A program made the translations under genes and the position numbers. A stretch of 64,000 nucleotides of DNA from the human T2T-CHM13v2.0 reference genome, Homo sapiens: NCBI RefSeq assembly GCF_009914755.1, contig NC_060947.1, one strand, 5' to 3'. Of the stretch, positions 1 to 15,671 are shown piece by piece (position 1 is the stretch's first letter; the number at the start of each line of letters is the position of its first letter). The notes beneath the pieces are model-generated. The model was not told where the DNA came from. It worked only from the letters and a program-made list of their open reading frames with translations, and did no database searches.

Positions 1-1710
1 TGTCTTGAAGCTCACTAATTCTTTCTTCCAGTTGGTCTATTCTGCTGGTAAGAGACTCTGATGCGTTCTTCAATATGCCAATTGCATTTTTCAATTCCAG
101 AATTTCTCCTTGCTTCTTTCTAATTATTCAATTTCTCTGTTAAATTTATCTGATAAGATTCTGAATACCTTCTTATGTTAATCTTGAATTTTGTTGAGTT
201 TCCTCAAATGGCTATTTTGAATTCTTTGAAAGGTCATATATCTCTGTCTCTTCAGAATTGGTCCCAGGTGCCTTATTAATGCATTATATAAGGGTATATT
301 TTCCTGGATGGTCTTGATGCTTGTAGATATTCATCAGTGTCTGGGCATTGAAAACTTTGGTATTTATTGTAGTCTTCGCAGTCTGGACTTCTGTGTAGCT
401 GTCCTTCTGGGGAAAGCTTTCTAGGTATTTGAAGGGACTTGGGTGTTGCAATCTAGGTTTCTGATCACTGCAGCCATATCTGCATTAGAGGGCACCCCAA
501 TCCAGTAATGCAATGGCTCTTGCAGAGTTATAGAGGTACTGCCTTGGTGGTCTTGGATAAGATCCTGAAGAATTCTCTAGATTATCATGCAGAGATTCTT
601 GTTCTCTCCCCTTACTTGTTTCCAAACAGAGTTTCTCTCTTTCTCTGTGCTGAGCTGCTTGGAGCTGGGGGAGTGGTGACAAAAGTATCCCTATTGCCAC
701 CACCGCTGGGACTGTGCTGGGTCAGACCTGAAGCCAACACAAAACTGGGTCTTATACAAGACCCACACTAACCACTGCCTGGCTACTGCCTATGTTTGCT
801 CCAGTCCTTAAGGCTCTACAATCAGCAGGTGGCAATGCCTGACAGGCTTATTTCCTTCTTTTCAGGGTGGCAAGTTTCCACCAGCCCTGGGTGGGTTCAG
901 GGATACCATCCAGGAGACAGCTTCTGGAGTGGGAAACATTAGGAATCTACCTGGTGCTCCATTCTACTGTGACTGGGTTGGCACCCAAGCCACAAAACAA
1001 AGTCCTTCCCCCTCTTCCTCCCCATTTGCACAAACATAAGAGTCTCTCCCCCATGGTCACCACTGCTCCAGGCCCATGGCAAGTACTGCCAGGCTACTGT
1101 TGATGTTCACTCAAGTCCTCAGGGATCTTCATCCAGCTTGTTGTGAATGCTGCCAGGCCTCAGACTCTCTATTCGGGGAAGTGGGCTCCCCACTGGCCAA
1201 AGACAGGTCCAGAAATGCCAGGACAGGTCCAGAAGAGGCAAGGTCCAGAATCAGGGACCCCAACAGACCACTTGGTGCTCTACCCTCCTGTGGCTGAGCT
1301 TATACCTAAGCTGCAAGACAAAGTCTTCTTTAGTCATTCCTCTGCTTTTCTCAAGCAGGAGTCTCTTCATATAGCAACCACAGCTGGGAATGTGCTGGGT
1401 CACACCTGAAACCAGTACATTTCTGAATCTCACCTGAGACCCATGACAAGTACTGCCTGGCTACCACTGCTGACTATTCAGAGCCCAAGGGCTCTTTAGT
1501 TACCAGGTGATGAATCGTACCAGGACTAGGTCCTTTTCTTTAAGGCAGGGGGTCCCCTTCTGGCCTAAGGTGTGTCTAGAAATGTCATCCAGGATATAGG
1601 GCCTAGAATAAGGGCCTCAGGTCTCTGCCTGGTGCCCTATCCTACTGTGGCTAAGCTGGTATCCAAGTTGCAAAACAAATTTCTCTTTACTCTTCCCTCT
1701 CCTCTACTGA
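1..1710 (-). mobile_element. Old L1 (L1PB/L1MA-like) ORF1 and 5' UTR, antisense
   Basis: Antisense ORF1-like text (attgcatttttcaattccagaatttct). The 5'-UTR subunit motif ctactgtggct.agct...ccaag.tgcaa.acaaa recurs near 965, 1285 and 1643. Confidence 0.65.
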
Positions 1711-2243
<533 letters not shown>

Positions 2244-2405
2244 ATGTCTTCTTTAGAAAAAAAAATGAACAATAATAGCTAATAAACCTGCCAAGTGAAT
2301 ATGAGAAATTCACTGCTTTCTGCAAATTAAAAAAATAGTAATGAGCATTTAAAATTATTCATTAGGAGGCAGAGCAAGATGGCTGAATAGAAGTCTGCAC
2401 TGATC

Positions 2406-2712
<307 letters not shown>

Positions 2713-2749
2713 CCTGCACTGATCATCCTCTCCTCTCAGAAACAACATT

Positions 2750-5700
2750 GATTATTTAGAACTATATTGTCTAATTTCCGTACATTTGCAAACTTTCAAA
2801 ATTTCCTTCTCTTATTGATTTCTAATTTCATTTCAGTGTGGTCTGAAATGTACTTTGCATTATTTCTATCATTTTAAAACCATTTAGGTATGCTCTATTG
2901 CCTAGCTATGATCTATCCTGAGAAATGTTCCATGGGAACTTGAGAAGACTGTACATTTTCCACTATATGTTAGGACTACTTGTTTACAATGTTGGCTAAT
3001 TACTCTCTTTACTTATTGATCATCTAGGAGTTGTTCTGCACATTATTGAAAGTATACTTTTGAAATCTCTATTATCAGTGAACTGTATTTAACCATCCAA
3101 TTATGTCAGTTTGCCTTTGTATATTTTGCAGCTCTGTTGTTAGGTGAGCATATAATTAACTGTCACATATTCTTGAAGTGTTGACACTTTTATCATATAT
3201 AGTGTCCTATGTCTCTTACAAAAACTTACTTAAATTCTATTTGGTCTGATTTTATTATAGCCACTTCAGCCCTATTTTATATTTCCTTGGTATACATTTT
3301 ACCTTTCTTTCATGTTCAACCTGTTTTTGTCTCTTCTCCCCTTTTACTTTTAGCTGACACATAACAATTGGACATATTTATGGGATACAGAATGATATTT
3401 TAATATGTGTCTACAATGTATAATGATCAAATCAGGATAATTAGCATAGTCATCTCCCCAAACATGTATTATTTCTATGTGTAATATAAACATTCAAAAT
3501 TCTCTCTTCTAGCTTTTTGAGAATTACAATAAATTAGACTTAACTATATTCACCCTACAGTGCTGCAGAAGACCAGAACTCATTCATCCTGTCTAGCCGT
3601 AATTTTGTATCTGTTAACCAACCTCTCCTTATTCTCCCCTTGCCACTACCCTTTTCAGCCTCTAATACCACAATTATACTCTGCTTCCATGAACTCAATG
3701 ATTATTTAGCTCCCACATATGAGTTTGAACATGTGGTTTTATGTTTCTGTGCCTAATTTGTTTTGCTTACCATAATATCCTCCAAGCTTATCCATGTTGC
3801 CATGAATGCCAGGATTTTATTCTTTTTTATGGCTAAATAATATTCTAATTTTTATATATACACCACATTTTCCTTTTCCTTTTCCATTTGTCTGTTGATG
3901 GGCATTTAGGTTAATTTCATACCTTAGCCATTAGGAATAGTGCTGCAGTAAACATGGGAATACAGGTATCTCTATCACTATACACAATAATTAACTTAAA
4001 ATGGATTAAATACTTAAATATAAGACCAAAAATTATAAAACTACTAAAAGAAAACAGGCAAAGCACTCCAGGACACTAGTATAGGCACAAATTTTATGAG
4101 TAAGACTTCAAAAGCAAAGGCAACAAATAAAAAATAGACAAATAAGACTATATCAAACTAAAAAGCCTTCTGCACAGCAATGGAAACAATCAACAGAGTG
4201 AAGAGACAACCTGTAGAATGGGGAAAAATATTTTAAAACTATTCATCTGACAAGGGACTAGTATCCAAAATATACAAAAAATGGAAACAACTCAATAGCA
4301 AAAAAACACAAATAATCCCATTAAAAAGTGGGCAATGAATCTTTGTAAACATTTTTCAAAAGAAGACATATAAAATGTCCAAAAGGTATATGAAAAAATG
4401 CTCAACATCACTGATCATCGGGGAAATGCAGATCAAAACCACAATGAAGTGTCATCTCACCCTAGTTAAAATGGCTTTTACCAAACAGACAAAAAATAAC
4501 AAATGCTGGTGAGGACATGGAGAAAAGAATACTCTTATACACTGTTGGTGGGAGTGTAAATTAGTACAGCCATTATGGAAAATAGTGTGGCGGTCTCTCA
4601 AAAATCTAAAAATAGTTTCTCAAAAAACTAAAAAACTACCATATGATCCAGCAATGCCATTACTGGGTATTTATCCAAAGGAAAAGAAATCACTATTTGT
4701 GTCAATCTAATGTGAGTCTTTTCCACACAGCATAGAGATGAATTGTATTTTTCAACCATTGTGCCAATCTGCCTTGTAATTAGACAGTTTAATCAATTTA
4801 CATTTTATGTAATTACTGCTAAGATAGGAGTTCCTTCTACTCTTATAGTATTTCCTGTCAATATTTTTTTCTTTTTTGTGCCTCAATTCCTCCATTACTA
4901 TGTTCTTTTGTATTTAATTAATTTTTATTGTAGTGACTTGATTGTTTTCTCATTTCCTTGTCTTTATATATTTTAGTTATTTTTTTAGTGCTTACATGGG
5001 GTATTATAATTGACATCTGAAATTTATAACAATCTAGTTTCAATTAATAACAACTTTGCTTGTATAGTATACAAAAACTTTCAGTGGCATATACAATGTC
5101 TGTCCTTATATAGCTCTGCCCCCCTTTTATGTTGTTATTGTCACAAATTCCATTTTTATCAATTATATCCCCATTAGCACAGATTTATACTTATTGCTAT
5201 ATAAGAGCAAAAAAGCATTTACAAACCAAAAATACAATAACACTTGTTTTAATAATTTATTCATATGACTTTAAGTTGCTATCTAATTTCCTTTTATTTC
5301 AGCCTAAAAAACTCCCTTCAGCATTTTTTATGGGTTGGGTCTATTAACAATTAACTGTCATGCTCTAATTTATATAAGAATGTCTTAATTTCTCCTTCAT
5401 TTTTGAAGGACAGTTTTGTCAAATAGATAATTCTTGGTTGACAGGTATTTTTTTCTTTCAGTCCTTAAATACATTATCCTACTTCCTACTGATGTGTATG
5501 GTTTCTGATGAAAAATCAGTTGTTGATCTTATGGAAGTTCCATTATGTGTCATGGTTTTTTGTTTGTTTACTGTTTCCAAATTTTCTCTTTCTCTTTGGC
5601 TTTTGACAATGTATTTATTTTATGTCTTATTATGAATGTATTTGAGATTATCCTATTTTGAATCTGTTGAGCTTTTTGAATGTGTAGATTTATGTCTTTC

Positions 5701-7080
5701 ATCAATATTGGGTAGTTTTTGGGCAATATTTCTTCAAATATTCTTTATGACCATTGATCTCTTTCCCCTCCTTCTGAGATTCCCATAATGTGTGTGTTGG
5801 TATGCTTGATGGAATCCCATATGGCTCCTTAGGCTCGTTTCAAATGTCTTCATATTTTATTTTCCTTCTTTTCCTCAGACTGGTTAATCTCAAATGTCCT
5901 ATCTTCAGACTTGCTGATTCTTTCTTCTGCCCACTCAAATCTGCTGCTGAGCTTCTCTACAGAATTTTCATTTCCATTATTAGATTTTTCAGCTCCAAAA
6001 TTTCTATTTTTTTAAATAATTTCTATCTTGTTATTGATATTCTGTATTTATCAAGCCATTATTCTCCTGGTTTCTGTTATTTCTTTGCCCATGGTTTTCT
6101 TTAGTTCTCTGAGCACACTTAAGATAGTTGATTTAAAGTCTTTGTCTAGTATGTCCAATGTCTGAGCTTCCCCAGAGATAGTTTCTATTAATTTCTTATT
6201 TTCCTGGGAATGAACCATACTTTTGTTTCTTTGTGTGCCTTATAATTTTTTGCTAATACTTTTTAAATATTATAATGTGGTAACTATAGAAATCAGATTT
6301 TACTTCCTTCCCATGATTTGTTGTTGCTTCTTGTCAGTTGTGGTTGTTGTTTTGGGTAGTATTTTTAGTGACTTTTCTAGGCTATTTTTGCAAAGATTGC
6401 ATTATTTTTCACTTTATTATTGAGGCCTCTGTTCTATTAAACTTGTGGTAAGCTAATAATTTTATAGGGATTTCCTTAAACACCTGTAGCCAAAAAAAAA
6501 TTTAATACTCTCCCAGTTTTTGCGTATTTGCTCCATTGTGGTCACCATTTCAATGCTTAGCCAAGCCATTTACAACTCTGCCTTTGCCTTCACTTTATCT
6601 TCATGGAACCTAAATGCCAGCCGAAGGTGATAGCTTAGGGTTTTTGCAAGTCTTTTCTGAACATGTATCCAGCCCTTAGTGTGTGTATGACTTTTACATT
6701 CTCCAATATAGGTGGCACCTTTTCAAAGCCATTATTCTCCCATGTATCTCCTTCAGCAGTCTCTCCCTTTCCAGGCTTTTCGGCCTGCCTGCTGCTTGCT
6801 CTATCTGTTATCCCTCATCTCATGTGGACATGGACTTTAAATGCTTTTGATAAATGCCTACTGGAAAGCCAATCCAGTGCTGAGGGAACTCCATTGGGAA
6901 AGCAAAACAAAAGCAAGCCCCTGAGATTATCTCTCAGGGAGCCATCAGACAGTACAAAATACCAATTCTTTGTTCTCAAAGTTGTTCTCAAAGAATTGGT
7001 ATTTTCTCCTTCTCTGTCACTTGCTAGCCACACCAAGAACCACAAATACTGCAGGACTAAAGAAAGCATAGAGTTTTTCC
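2750..7080 (-). mobile_element. Old L1M (ORF2, ORF1, 5' region), antisense; host of a nested L1MA
   Basis: T-rich antisense L1 text that resumes after the nested element at 4693. Confidence 0.65.
3332..4692 (-). mobile_element. L1MA insertion with inverted 5' segment (twin-priming structure)
   Basis: 3' part antisense (~3345-3975) and ORF2 part sense (~3978-4692). Degenerate TSD ctgtttttgtc (3321-3331) / ctatttgtgtc (4693-4703). Confidence 0.75.
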
Positions 7081-7117
7081 TTCCTCTTCTACAGTATTTT
7101 TTTTAAAAAACTTTTAT

Positions 7118-7484
<367 letters not shown>

Positions 7485-8665
7485 TTATGGACTTTAATTC
7501 AATGAAGTTGGACTGTAGTTTAAATGATCACTCATTTCCCAATAATTTCAACAGTACCTGGAAAATAATAGGTGTTCAATAAATGTTTGTTAATCAAGTT
7601 CACTCTATATAAAGTAGATGAATTAAGACTCTGAAAGTTTGATGTGACTTGCAGTGACTCACTCATCTACTCAGCAGGGAAATCTAGCCGAAGCACCAGA
7701 ATTTCCAGGAAAAATATTATGTAGTTTATTTACTTCTCTGAATTTTAATCTCGCCTTGCTACCATGACTTGCCCTCGAGCACACAGACCATGCTGAACTT
7801 CCAGAAATTGTGTTAGTTCCTTCATGTGTCCAACCTCAATCCCTGTGCTATGCTCACAGATAGTCTCAAAGGAGGTCTTTAAAAAAAATATATGGACTAC
7901 TTTCTTCTAACAATTGTATTGTTAAAAAATCCTTTATGAAAAAATACTTTATGGTCAATCCCAACTGCTTTACAGCAAATTAGCCACCCATCATTTTTTC
8001 TTGCCCCAAATGCTCAAGATTCCTACAAAGTTCAGGACTAGATAGAGATTACAAGGTAATAATTTCTGTCTATTGTTTTGCTAGTCCACCCAAAGGAATA
8101 TCTATGCCTTTAATTGCCCACTTTAGATAGCTTTCAGCTTTTGAAAATTCAGTAAGAAAAAATTCCCAGTAAATATCACCATTTGACAAAATATATCACC
8201 TTCAGGGGAAGCAAAGTACAAATGTGAACCACATGAACCTAAGAAGCAAAGTGAGCCACACAGATCTGCCAAATTTGATATACTAAAGAGGAACATCATT
8301 CTTTTTTAATTGTACATAACACTTTGAGAACATTATTATTCTAAAATGCTAATCCTTATTCAGTGCCCTCAGGCCTTGCTGTAATCCTCTGTAGGAGCAA
8401 TTTTCACTGACAGTGGCCAGTAGTTCAGTCACTAGTAGGCAAAAGCATTACATTGATAAACATAAATCCTTCAGCTAGGGAAACAATAAATAACTTTAAC
8501 AGATATGTAATTAATAGGCTGCTCAACAAGTGCTCTGAGCTCCCCAAGCTGGTATTTAAATGCAAATATGCACCAGAGTGTGAAAAGCACGAATGGAAGA
8601 GAGAACCACCATGAAACCATGCAGGCTTCCCAAAATTCAACAAGGGGCTTAGTACATGGTAATCA

Positions 8666-9351
8666 TGTAACTGCCCAAGGAGTTCACCTTGCCTGCTGCC
8701 TAGACAGAGCCAATTCATCAAGACAGGGGAATTGCAATAGAGAAAGACTAATTCACACAGAGCTGGCTGTGCAGGAGACCATAGTTTTATTATTACTTAG
8801 ATCAGTCTCTCCAAGCATTCAGGGAGCAGAGTTTTTAAGGACAACTTGGTGGGTGGTGGGAAGCCAGTGAGCCAGGAGTGCTGACTGGTCAGGGATGAAA
8901 TCATAAGGAAGTTGTCTTCTTGTACTGAGTCAGTTCCTAGGTGAGGGCCACAAGATCAGATGAGCCAGTTTATTGATCTGGGTGGTGCCAGCTGATACAT
9001 CAAGTGCAAGGTCTGCAAAATATTTCAAGCACCGATCTTCCTAGCAGTTTAGGGAGGGTCAGAATCTTGTAGCCTCCAGCTGCATGACTCCTAAACCATA
9101 ATTTCTACTCTTGTGACTAACGTTAGTCCTACAAAGGCAGTTTAGTCCCAGGCAAGAGGGAGGTCTGCTTTGGGGAAGGGCTGTTATCATCTTTGTTTTA
9201 AACTATAAACTATAAACTGAGTTTCTCCCATGGTTAGTTCAGCCTATGCCCAGGAATCCACAAAGACAGCTTGGAGGTTAGAAGCAAGATGGAGTCAATT
9301 AAGTTAGATCTCTTTTACTGTCTCAGTCATAATTTTGCAAAGGCGGTTTCA
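8666..9351 (-). mobile_element. Solo ERV1 LTR (LTR8-like)
   Basis: Minus strand begins tgaaaccgcctttgcaaaattatgactgagac and ends gggcagttaca. 4-bp TSD atca at 8662-8665 and 9352-9355. Confidence 0.85.
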
Positions 9352-10400
9352 ATCACAACAATATGTCCAGGTCAAGCACTAGTACTTATCTTCCCTTGGA
9401 AGTCTGCTTAGGTCCAGCCAACAATTGCACACACTTGTTTAAAAAAGAAACTTCTAATACAGGGGATGGGGAGATAGTATAGAAACAAAAGACAAATATT
9501 CTTATGGCCAGCACTCTATGTTTTGTTTTCAAGGATGTTAGATGTAAAATTTAATTTTTCCTTCTGATAATTGTTTTTCAGCCATGGAGTTTCAAGAATA
9601 TGGTGTATCTAATTCAAAACCTTTAAAATTTATGTTATAAAATGTATTACAGTGTTCTAATAAATCAGCTCTTGGTAGTAACAAATTACCAGTATGTACC
9701 ATGTATTAAAAAGATAAATGGGAATTTAATAGTTAAGAGAGAAGGTGTTTTCAGATCACACAGCCAAATCACTAACTAATGGACACATTTGTAAACTCGG
9801 CAATGATTTACACCAGGGCTCTTGGTTAGAGTGCATAAATCCAGCAGAAGAGTTTTTATCTATCAACTGAGACTTTTGGTCCCTTGTTTATAAATCAAAA
9901 AGTTAACAAAGAGTCAGGGGTCTGTAAATCCAGATACTATATTATAAATTTGTAGCTTTTTATTTATAAATAGGTAGCTTTAAGAATTATATATAACAAA
10001 TAGAAAAATGAATTGCATTTAAAATTAAGTGAAGGTTAGTATTTATAAATCACAATTATAAATAAAATGTCTATATGTTTGCATCACCAACCAATACCAT
10101 CTCAACCAATTCCAAAACTATGCATTTCATAAGATCATAGCAGGGATGTGCCAAGCAGAATGTCAACACTTGGCAACTTCAGTGCAGGAATTAACTCAAT
10201 GTTATTCTATTAACTTTAATAGGGAACTTTTAAAAAATATAGCATCTGCATTAAAATTTTTTGTTTCACCATAAAAGGACCAAATAATGGTTATATGGCA
10301 AGTCATAACTTGAAAAGACTGCATCTAGTTATAGACATGAAGTTCAAATGTCTTCCTTTTCTCTTAAGATACACTAAATATATTTCCTAAGAAGACCCAA

Positions 10401-11068
10401 TGTAAGGACAATTCTCTCACGTTTTGCTTTGCCTCATAACTTCTCCTCACAGTGGAATCCAAGATGAGCAGGTGTCATTTCAGGGCCAGGTTACTCAGGT
10501 CCCATGTGGCCATTTCACACAAGCCACAGGCTGTGACTCTGAAGGAGGTGAGCTTAAGACCCTCACATGACCTCCTGTTTGTGAATTTTCAAATCCCTCC
10601 TGAGTGGAGAGGGGAGACTCTCATCACAAAAGAACACAAGAGAAACAGAATCAAACGAAATGAAAAAGGAAAGAAGTAAGAAATCCCTACTGGCTCAGAG
10701 ACAAGGTTAAATACAACTTGTTTGCCTTTTACTGCCTCTGCTTCAGAAGGACACCCCTGCTAGACTGCCTCCCTGTGAGCTACATCACTGTGGAAGAGCC
10801 GGGCCCAAGTGAGGTTCTGGGGAGTCTCATTCCACCAAGGATCCGCTCTGTCCCTTCTCCTAGCATCTCACCCAACCCTTGAGGGTCAGGTCCTTTATTC
10901 TCCTGGCTACTCTGAACCTGAGTGAAATATCCTGCTTCCCATTCCAAAGGAAGTGACCCTGCCTTGTGTCCTCTTCTCTCTAGATGGTATGAGTGCCTCA
11001 CTAAACAATAAACCACCTATGTACCAGATCTGAATGGATGCTAATCTGTGACTCCATGTGGGTTGACA
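10401..11068 (+). mobile_element. Probable old solo LTR (ERVL-class; family uncertain)
   Basis: TGT...ACA termini with AATAAA ~60 bp before the 3' end. Confidence 0.4.
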
Positions 11069-12769
11069 TCTTTACATGTTAGTAGGAACCTTCAAGTACT
11101 CTTCTTTACTGGAGATAATAATGCAGGACTTTATATAGGCAGCAAAATGTGGGGTAAGAAGCTGTAAGGGAAGGCTGGAGATATTTTACGTGAAAGGTAT
11201 TTGGGAATAGGGACATCTGCCCTGGAATCACCAGTGCTTACTGCATTGAGTAGAGTGGGGTTAAATAACATCTCAGCAGCCTACTGGATCATAATTGTTA
11301 AGGACCTATGTAGAAGGTACCCGCCTTTTTCCTCCTGTTTTCACTCAGTAGTTATTCACGAATGCAGCCACCCTGGACTCTCCTGTATGCCGCTTGCATA
11401 AGGTCTAAAACCACAGCATCTTGAGGTTGATGCAATTTCCGGTGAGGAGTGAGGAATAGGAGACCCGAGGCTTATCCTTTGAACCCCTTCTCCACCATGA
11501 TGACCTCATGACATGCCCTTTGTTTTCTGTCCTTTCACAGTGACCTCGTTGTGCGGCTTCCTCAAATGTAGGTTCATGGACTGCACATCTATATTCATTT
11601 TCTGGCTTTCGGTTTGGAAGCTGTGCAGCTCCTCCCTGCATGACACTCCCAGGGAACCCACATAAGAATCCAAATGTCAACTGCGTCCTCATCTCTGACT
11701 ACAGATGGAACCACTCCCAAGCATGCCATGCAGGTCCCTTGGAAGGGCTTGTACATAGGAGCCACTTAATATGATTTGTTAAATTCTAAAAATACAGGCT
11801 TAAAGACACAGTGCATTTCAAAGCTTGAGGAAATGTACTGAGTTATAGGGTTATAAAGCAAATTCATATCAGAAATTAATTAAATGAAATAAAAGAGCAC
11901 AGATCCTAAAACACAGAATTTGTAGATAATATTATTTCTTCACTTGAAATTTACTCTCAAGTGTATTTAATATCAGACCTAAAGATACATCTGATGTGGC
12001 ATTGCAGACTCATTTTACCCTTCTGCATTCTTCTTAGAACTTTAGAGACCTGGGTATGTCAACAGCTTATTGGGATAGTAACAAAATGAAAAATCAGAGC
12101 AAGTGGTCCCACGAGTTAGGTACAGAAAATCATCCATCGCCCTGCTGAAGCAGCTCCATTAGGTCCAATATAAGCAAACAAAACTTATGAGATTGTATAA
12201 CATGGTATTTTGCTTCATAAGCATTTGATTACATTTTGTCTATTTTTTGGAATAAGATAGGACTCATTAGTCTGGACACATGCACACACACACATACATA
12301 CACACAAACTCCCCAATAAATACAAATATATTGATTCTTATAAAGATCAAAATCAGGAATATTTATTGCTCATGCTTTCATTTGCAATACTTGTTGTAAA
12401 CTCCCAACCACTTAAATGTTTCCCATTATAAGTTCATCAACCCTTAACACGTGTTACTCAAGTTATAATTTTGCTAATATCACCTATTTTTAAAGAACTA
12501 CCAATGCTACATTACTGATATAACTTTATTCTCTCCAAAAAAATATGGCACTAGTTTCTAAACCTGACTTTATAAAGTTCAGCTAGTCACCAAATAAAGC
12601 GCAATGTTTGTCAGCTATTGTAGAGAAACTGGCTGTTATGTGAAATGGGCTGCTCCATCAGCAGATTGCCAGGGATCATTTCCAAATAGAGGTGGGAATA
12701 TAGGCTGTTTAAATAAATAAACAAACAAACAGAAGATAGAGCCTGTCACTTGCAAAAAGAACAACCAAA

Positions 12770-13140
12770 TCATGACTTGGGGCCTGTGAGGGTTATGTTC
12801 CATCTTCTCCAGTTCTACCAACAGCTTTTCTCTGCTCTTCTCTGTGCCCCAGAAGGCTGCATCTTGCAGTGTTCATCAGGGGCTCCTCTGCTCTCTGGCT
12901 CCTGTTGGGTTTGGCTGATGGGAGGCACCAGCAAGAGCATGGAGGGCAGGAAGAAAGTGAGGTTGCGGAATTTATTCCTCAAACCTCTTTCAGACTTGGG
13001 CAATTGTGGCAGTCACTGTGCCCCTCCACAACTATAGCTCTTACCAGTGACTTCTCTGGCAAGGCTCCCCCTCTCAACTGGTTGCCAAAATGCCTCTCCC
13101 CTTCAGGTGTGGTAAGGTTTTCTGTTGTTGCAAGTCCCTG
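12770..13140. mobile_element. LTR33-like ERVL LTR fragment
   Basis: Motif ctctctggctcctgttgggtttggctgatgggaggcaccagcaagag, recalled as LTR33-like. Confidence 0.45.
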
Positions 13141-13616
13141 AAGAGCCAATTATAATCCAAAAAGGCACAATCTTGAGTGCCATAATCCCAAATATTTAAA
13201 TCCCAAAAGATCAAAATCTTGAAAATATAATTATGAAAGAAATAATTTTTAAAAACTCTTTAAAATATATTTATTTACATTTTTAAAGGGGGATTTATTG
13301 AGAAATTTATAACACAGGACAGAACATGTCATAGGACAGTTTACATAATAAAAGAGACAATAATAACATATATATATTTTTGCAAGCCTAAACGCTCAGG
13401 TATATTAACACACAGGTATACCAGCTGTGAGCAAATGAACCATATTCATAAAGTAATATGTCAAAAAGGGAAACTTATTAGCACATATCACTGTGATTTG
13501 TAATTGTGTGTACCCAGCTGTATAACTGCAATCACCTGAACTACAACAGACAACATGTCTTTTGACAAGATTGATTTTAAAAAAACTGCAATGAGTCACC
13601 ACTGCATCAACCCTGA

Positions 13617-14096
<480 letters not shown>

Positions 14097-14477
14097 GAAG
14101 TTTTTACGTACACGTACAATGCTTACATACAAAGTCAATGTTGTGATAATACACTTTCATGGAGTCACATTTCAAAAAATGCATAAAGCAAATTAGAACT
14201 CTCTAAAAGTCTTTACACAATGTATAACTGCAGTGTTTAAAATGATGCAAAGATAAAAATACATAGCGTAAAGAATTGTAAAAAAAAATAATGCTGACAA
14301 TTTAAAATAGTGAAAAAACCTAAAAAACAAATGACAACAAAAAAGTAAAAAAAAAAAAAAAAAAAGATATGAAAACGTGTACTACAGGCATAGATTATAG
14401 ACAATTATTCAAAGATAGTCCAGAGGTTCTGGCCAATTTTTATGATCACTAACTATATTTTAAGGTATTGCATCATG

Positions 14478-14718
14478 TCACTTGAGGTCAGCATTTCGAG
14501 AATAGCCTGGCCAACATGGCAAAACTTGTCTCTACTAAAAATACAAAAATTAGCCAGGCATGGTGGCACACTTCCGTAATCCCAGCTACTCGGGATGCTG
14601 AGGCACTAGAATCACTTGAGCTCGAGAGGTAGAGGTTGCAGTGAGCTGAGATTGCGCTGAGCCTAGATCGTGCCACTGTACTCCAGCTTGGGTTACAGAG
14701 TAAGACTGTCTCAAAAAC
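14478..14718 (+). mobile_element. 5'-truncated Alu
   Basis: Starts at tcacttgaggtcag; right arm complete. Confidence 0.9.
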
Positions 14719-14784
14719 AGAAAGAAGGGAAGGAAGGGAAGGAAGGGAAGGAATGGAAGGGAAGGGAAGGAAGGAAGGAGAAAG

Positions 14785-14853
<69 letters not shown>

Positions 14854-14980
14854 AAGAAAGAAAGAAGAGAAAAGAAAGGAAGGAAGGAAGGAAGGAAGGA
14901 AGGAAGGAAGGAAGGGAGGAAAGAAAGAGAGAAAAGAAAAGAGGAAGGGGAAAGGGAAGGAAGGAAAGGAAAGGATGGAA

Positions 14981-15037
<57 letters not shown>

Positions 15038-15208
15038 AAAGAAAAGAGGAAGGGGAAAGGGAAGGAAGGAAAGAAAAGGATGGAAGAAGAAAGAAAGGAA
15101 GAGAAAGAAAGAAAGAAAAAGAAAAGAGAGAGAAAGGAAAGGAAAGGAAAGGAGAGGAGAGGAGAGGAGGGGAGGGGAGAGGTGAGGAGAGGAGAGGAAA
15201 GGAAAGGA
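14719..15208 (+). repeat. ~490-bp compound polypurine tract (GAAA/GGAA/GAGGA) grown from the Alu tail
   Basis: Almost only A/G, with a ~60-bp unit (aaaagaaaagaggaaggggaaagggaagg...ggatggaagaagaaag) present twice. Confidence 0.95.
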
Positions 15209-15671
15209 ACCCATTCCCTGGGCACTCATATGCAGACTACAAATTTGATAGAAACAATGCTGGTAACTGAATGGGACACTGTTGTGTAAGTATCTTCTTA
15301 TCTTACCATGCACATACTTGTTTCTGAACCAGTCAGTAACTTTGCTGACTTCTTCAGGCAACTGCATGGAGCTTTAATTCATTAAAAGCTCCCAGAATGC
15401 CATCAACTGGAAAGAATGCCAATGCAGGTAAATGACACATTTTCAAACTAAAGTTTTCCTCATTGCCGTACCTCATGGCCAATTGATTCTTCTTAATTTT
15501 CTGTCAAATACACTCGGGTGAATGGAAAAAAAAACAAACTTTATTGGAAACACCTTGAAATTCATTTTTAGAAACCTTAATTGCACCTAATTCCAAATCT
15601 GTCATTATGGTTTGGGGATTCAATTGAAATTCATTTTATTCTGCATAAAGACAGTAAGAGGGTGCCAAGGT

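Noticed and set aside
940-1710. Three ~320-360-bp spaced recurring units
   Set aside because: Consistent with tandem subunits of an old L1 5' UTR, not an independent array; no CRISPR-like structure.
14488-15289. Long ORFs of 171-245 aa (K/E/R-rich or F/L/S-rich)
   Set aside because: Artefacts of the stop-free purine microsatellite plus Alu sequence.
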